DNA of 64,000 bases from Macrostomum lignano. Taxonomy: Eukaryota. The notes under the pieces were generated by a model, which did no database searches, had not been told where the DNA came from, and saw nothing but the letters and a program-made list of their open reading frames with translations. Location: contig NIVC01001357.1 in assembly GCA_002269645.1 (NCBI GenBank), positions 173,593 through 237,592 on the forward strand. The letters run 5' to 3'. Both the position numbers and the translations under genes were made by a program. Shown one piece after another: positions 61,363-64,000 of the stretch; positions within the stretch are counted from its first letter, which is position 1, and the number at the start of each line of letters is the position of its first letter.

Positions 61363-61435
61363 AGGTCCCACCGAGATTCGAACTCGGGTCGCTGGATTCA
61401 AAGTCCAGTGTGTTAAACCACTACACCATGGGACC
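61363..61435 (-). tRNA. tRNA-Gln (anticodon UUG)
   Basis: GGTCCCATGGTGTAGTGGTTTAACACACTGGACTTTGAATCCAGCGACCCGAGTTCGAATCTCGGTGGGACCT: full acceptor, anticodon (CTGGA-CT TTG AA-TCCAG) and T arms. Confidence 0.95.
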
Positions 61436-62237
61436 ACGACCAAATGGCAGAGAAGCTGTGTATTATAAGCCTATTCATACCGTTTTGGCAATCTAAGCCA
61501 ATGCGCATCATTCAATTCTTTCTAGTTTCAACTTGCAAGAACAAGAAGCCTTAGTAACTAACTACCACAATGTGCATAATGAATTATTTAACTCTGTATC
61601 ATGTTACAGATAATCAAATACTAAGTATAATATAACAGTTAACATTATATTAGACTTAAGAGTTAAAACGGCAGTTAGCGTTAACCGTTAGATAGATTTA
61701 ATTTTTAATTAATACATATTTTGATTATTAGCGGTAGTAATAAAAACAGTAAGCTAATTCATTACAATATATTTGCGTGAATAGCTCAAATTTAGATAGA
61801 AAAAAATGAATGCAATATATATATTAAAAACTACACACTGACTGACTAACATCAGACGACAGCAACAATCGATTTAAAATAATTAAGGGGTTCCACGATT
61901 TCAAGACAAAACAAACAGCTAAAGCAGACTTAAAGAATAAGCTTGCTTATAAAATTAAATAAATTTAAGTAGAAGTATTTTCCGATTAGACAATCTTTTT
62001 ATATCTTTCCAATCAAATTTCGGAATAAAACACTTTATACTTGCTGAAAGTAGCGGCAAAGCGAATTACTAACAAAATACGACCAAATTAAAAAAAAGCA
62101 AATTTGCACCAAAAAACATTTTTTACAAACAAAGTATGTAAAATGCGCATAATTTTCTATTTTCTCCATCTATTATACACTGAAGTAATACAGAGTAAAT
62201 TTGTTAATACAGTGAGAATGCAGTGGGAAACTTTTTG

Positions 62238-62585
62238 TTAATTATCTTTCTTACTGCGAGATTTTTTAATATTTGGCATCCGGCGCTGTTTCCGCTTCTG
62301 GTCTTTGTTTCGCTGTTCAATCTCCTTAGCCAACTTGTAGGCGCATATTGCACTGAGAATCAGCAATGGAGACATCACTATTAGCACATAGTAAACAAAT
62401 GTAGTAGGATTATTTGCCGCATACACAAGCAGCATGGCCAAGTGCTTCTTGATCCAGCCACCCCAAGTGCCATCATCAATAGCATCAATCATCTGGTCAA
62501 CACCTGGCTGAGAGGCCTTGTCTGATGCGAAATTGTCTCCATCTGCTGCTGATTTTGATGGGTCAGCACTACTAGCCATTTGCAT
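62238..62585 (-). CDS. SMIM15: Small integral membrane protein 15 (UPF0542) with N-terminal extension
   Basis: YAANNPTTFVYYVLIVMSPLLILSAICAYKLAKEIEQRNKDQKRKQRR matches the family pattern (WAAKDPYGF...[32 protein letters not shown]). Confidence 0.9.
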   Translation of the reverse strand: MQMASSADPSKSAADGDNFASDKASQPGVDQMIDAIDDGTWGGWIKKHLAMLLVYAANNPTTFVYYVLIVMSPLLILSAICAYKLAKEIEQRNKDQKRKQRRMPNIKKSRSKKDN

Positions 62586-62667
62586 AAATTATTGGGATCA
62601 ATATTAATAATATTAAATTTGGAAATTTTGGAAAAAAATTCAACAAGTCTACAATTGACAAAATATA

Positions 62668-63520
62668 CGAGGGGCGTCCGGAAAGTAGTGTTACTTTTGC
62701 TTGTGTGGACATATGGACAGTCACACTTGCATGTGCTTGGTGTCATTTGAAAGCGGAAAGTCTCTTCTTTAAAATGACACCAATTGCAAGAGATTTGGAT
62801 CTGTGCTTCAAGAGATATGGACGATTAGAGTAGAGAAAGGTCAGTCATAGACTTACAGAACCTCAAAAATGTCAACAGAAAACTTTTATCACGAGCATAA
62901 TCACTCCAGAAAAAAACAAAAACACAACAGTACAGTACAGAAGCAGGTGAAACAGATAACAAGCAAATTATCACACAAGCAAACAACATTAAAATCATTA
63001 ATCGGTTGGCAGACTTGTCATCTTGCTGACAGCATGGTCGCCATGAGCTGTGCAAAGTTGCCTGTGGATGTCAGCCGATTTGGTTCCGGAGCTCCCAAGT
63101 GTAAAGATGGCATGTCGCTGCCCAGTCTTTGAATGCACATCCATTTGCAGTTCACAATTGAAAATTGAATGTCAATAAACTTTGCAGGCGCAGCAGAAGC
63201 AGTTTTACAAGTCTCATAGTTTTATGAGACAGCCCCTCTCATTCACTGCATCACATTTGGCCATAGACAGCCCATGATTACGAAAAAATCGATAAGCTCG
63301 TAAAAGTTTTCTGTTGACATTTTTGAGGTTCTGTAAGTCTATGACTGACCTTTCTCTACTTAATCGTCCATATCTCTTGAAGCACAGATCCAAATCTCTT
63401 GCAATTGTGTCATTTTAAAGAAGAGACTTGCCGCTTTCAAATGACACCAAGCACATGCAAGTGTGACTGTCCATACGTCCACACCAAGCAAAAGTAACAC
63501 TACTTTCCAGACGCCCCTCG
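62668..63520. mobile_element. Mariner/Tc1-like non-autonomous element with ~220-bp TIRs and TA TSD
   Basis: TA|CGAGGGGCGTCC...GACGCCCCTCG|TA; arms 62668-62888 and 63301-63520 nearly identical; no transposase inside. Confidence 0.9.
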
Positions 63521-64000
63521 TATAAGCATTTTGCAGCATTCACTGTGGCAGTTGCTTACTTACTGTAAGTCTATTGTCGAGGTCCTACTACATTTTAGTT
63601 TATAACTTTTGTTTCAATTGTCTGTTTTTAATGATGTTAAAGTTAACATAAAGAAGAGAGTTGCCACCATAAATCTGCTGCAAAATGATGTCTTTTAGAT
63701 CAGCAGAAACAGAGATATAGTGAAAAGTATAACTACTTTTTGGACAGCCCTTGTATATAATATTATATGCTAATAATTTAGTGATTAACCCAAAACCAAC
63801 CTATCCTTCAATGACAATTATTTATTATAACCAAATGTCTAACTTATAGCTATATTCTTCAAGTACATTAGGTTGACTGCTAGTATATAATTATATTTGA
63901 TCAAAATGTTCAAATTCTTATAACTAGGACTTCAGTGAGTTATAAGAAGTGTTCGTGGCCAATGGCAAAAAAGTAAGAAAAAAGTCCAATTTTTCAAGGG

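Overview
Intron-rich animal genomic DNA, about 45% (~29 kb, summed by eye) tandem repeats; no prokaryotic features or CRISPR. Four protein-coding genes are supported: mitochondrial ribosomal protein S15 (+, 5 coding exons found, N-terminus unresolved); a 14-exon NMDA receptor GluN2/Nmdar2-type subunit (+, 43696-54094, ~1237 aa, all exon phases reconcile); a small heat-shock protein with two alpha-crystallin domains (-, with an apparent frameshift); and SMIM15 (-). There is one tRNA-Gln(UUG). Mobile DNA includes a decayed intron-containing Crypton-like tyrosine recombinase, a THAP-bearing TIR element with an apparent 9-bp TSD, a mariner-like MITE with ~220-bp TIRs, a Tc1 remnant and several palindromic MITEs, many carrying a CCATAGAC motif. 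The dual-domain sHSP, GC-rich exons and satellite-filled introns suggest a free-living flatworm such as Macrostomum (inference only). All calls are from manual reading; no database searches were run and repeat boundaries are approximate.
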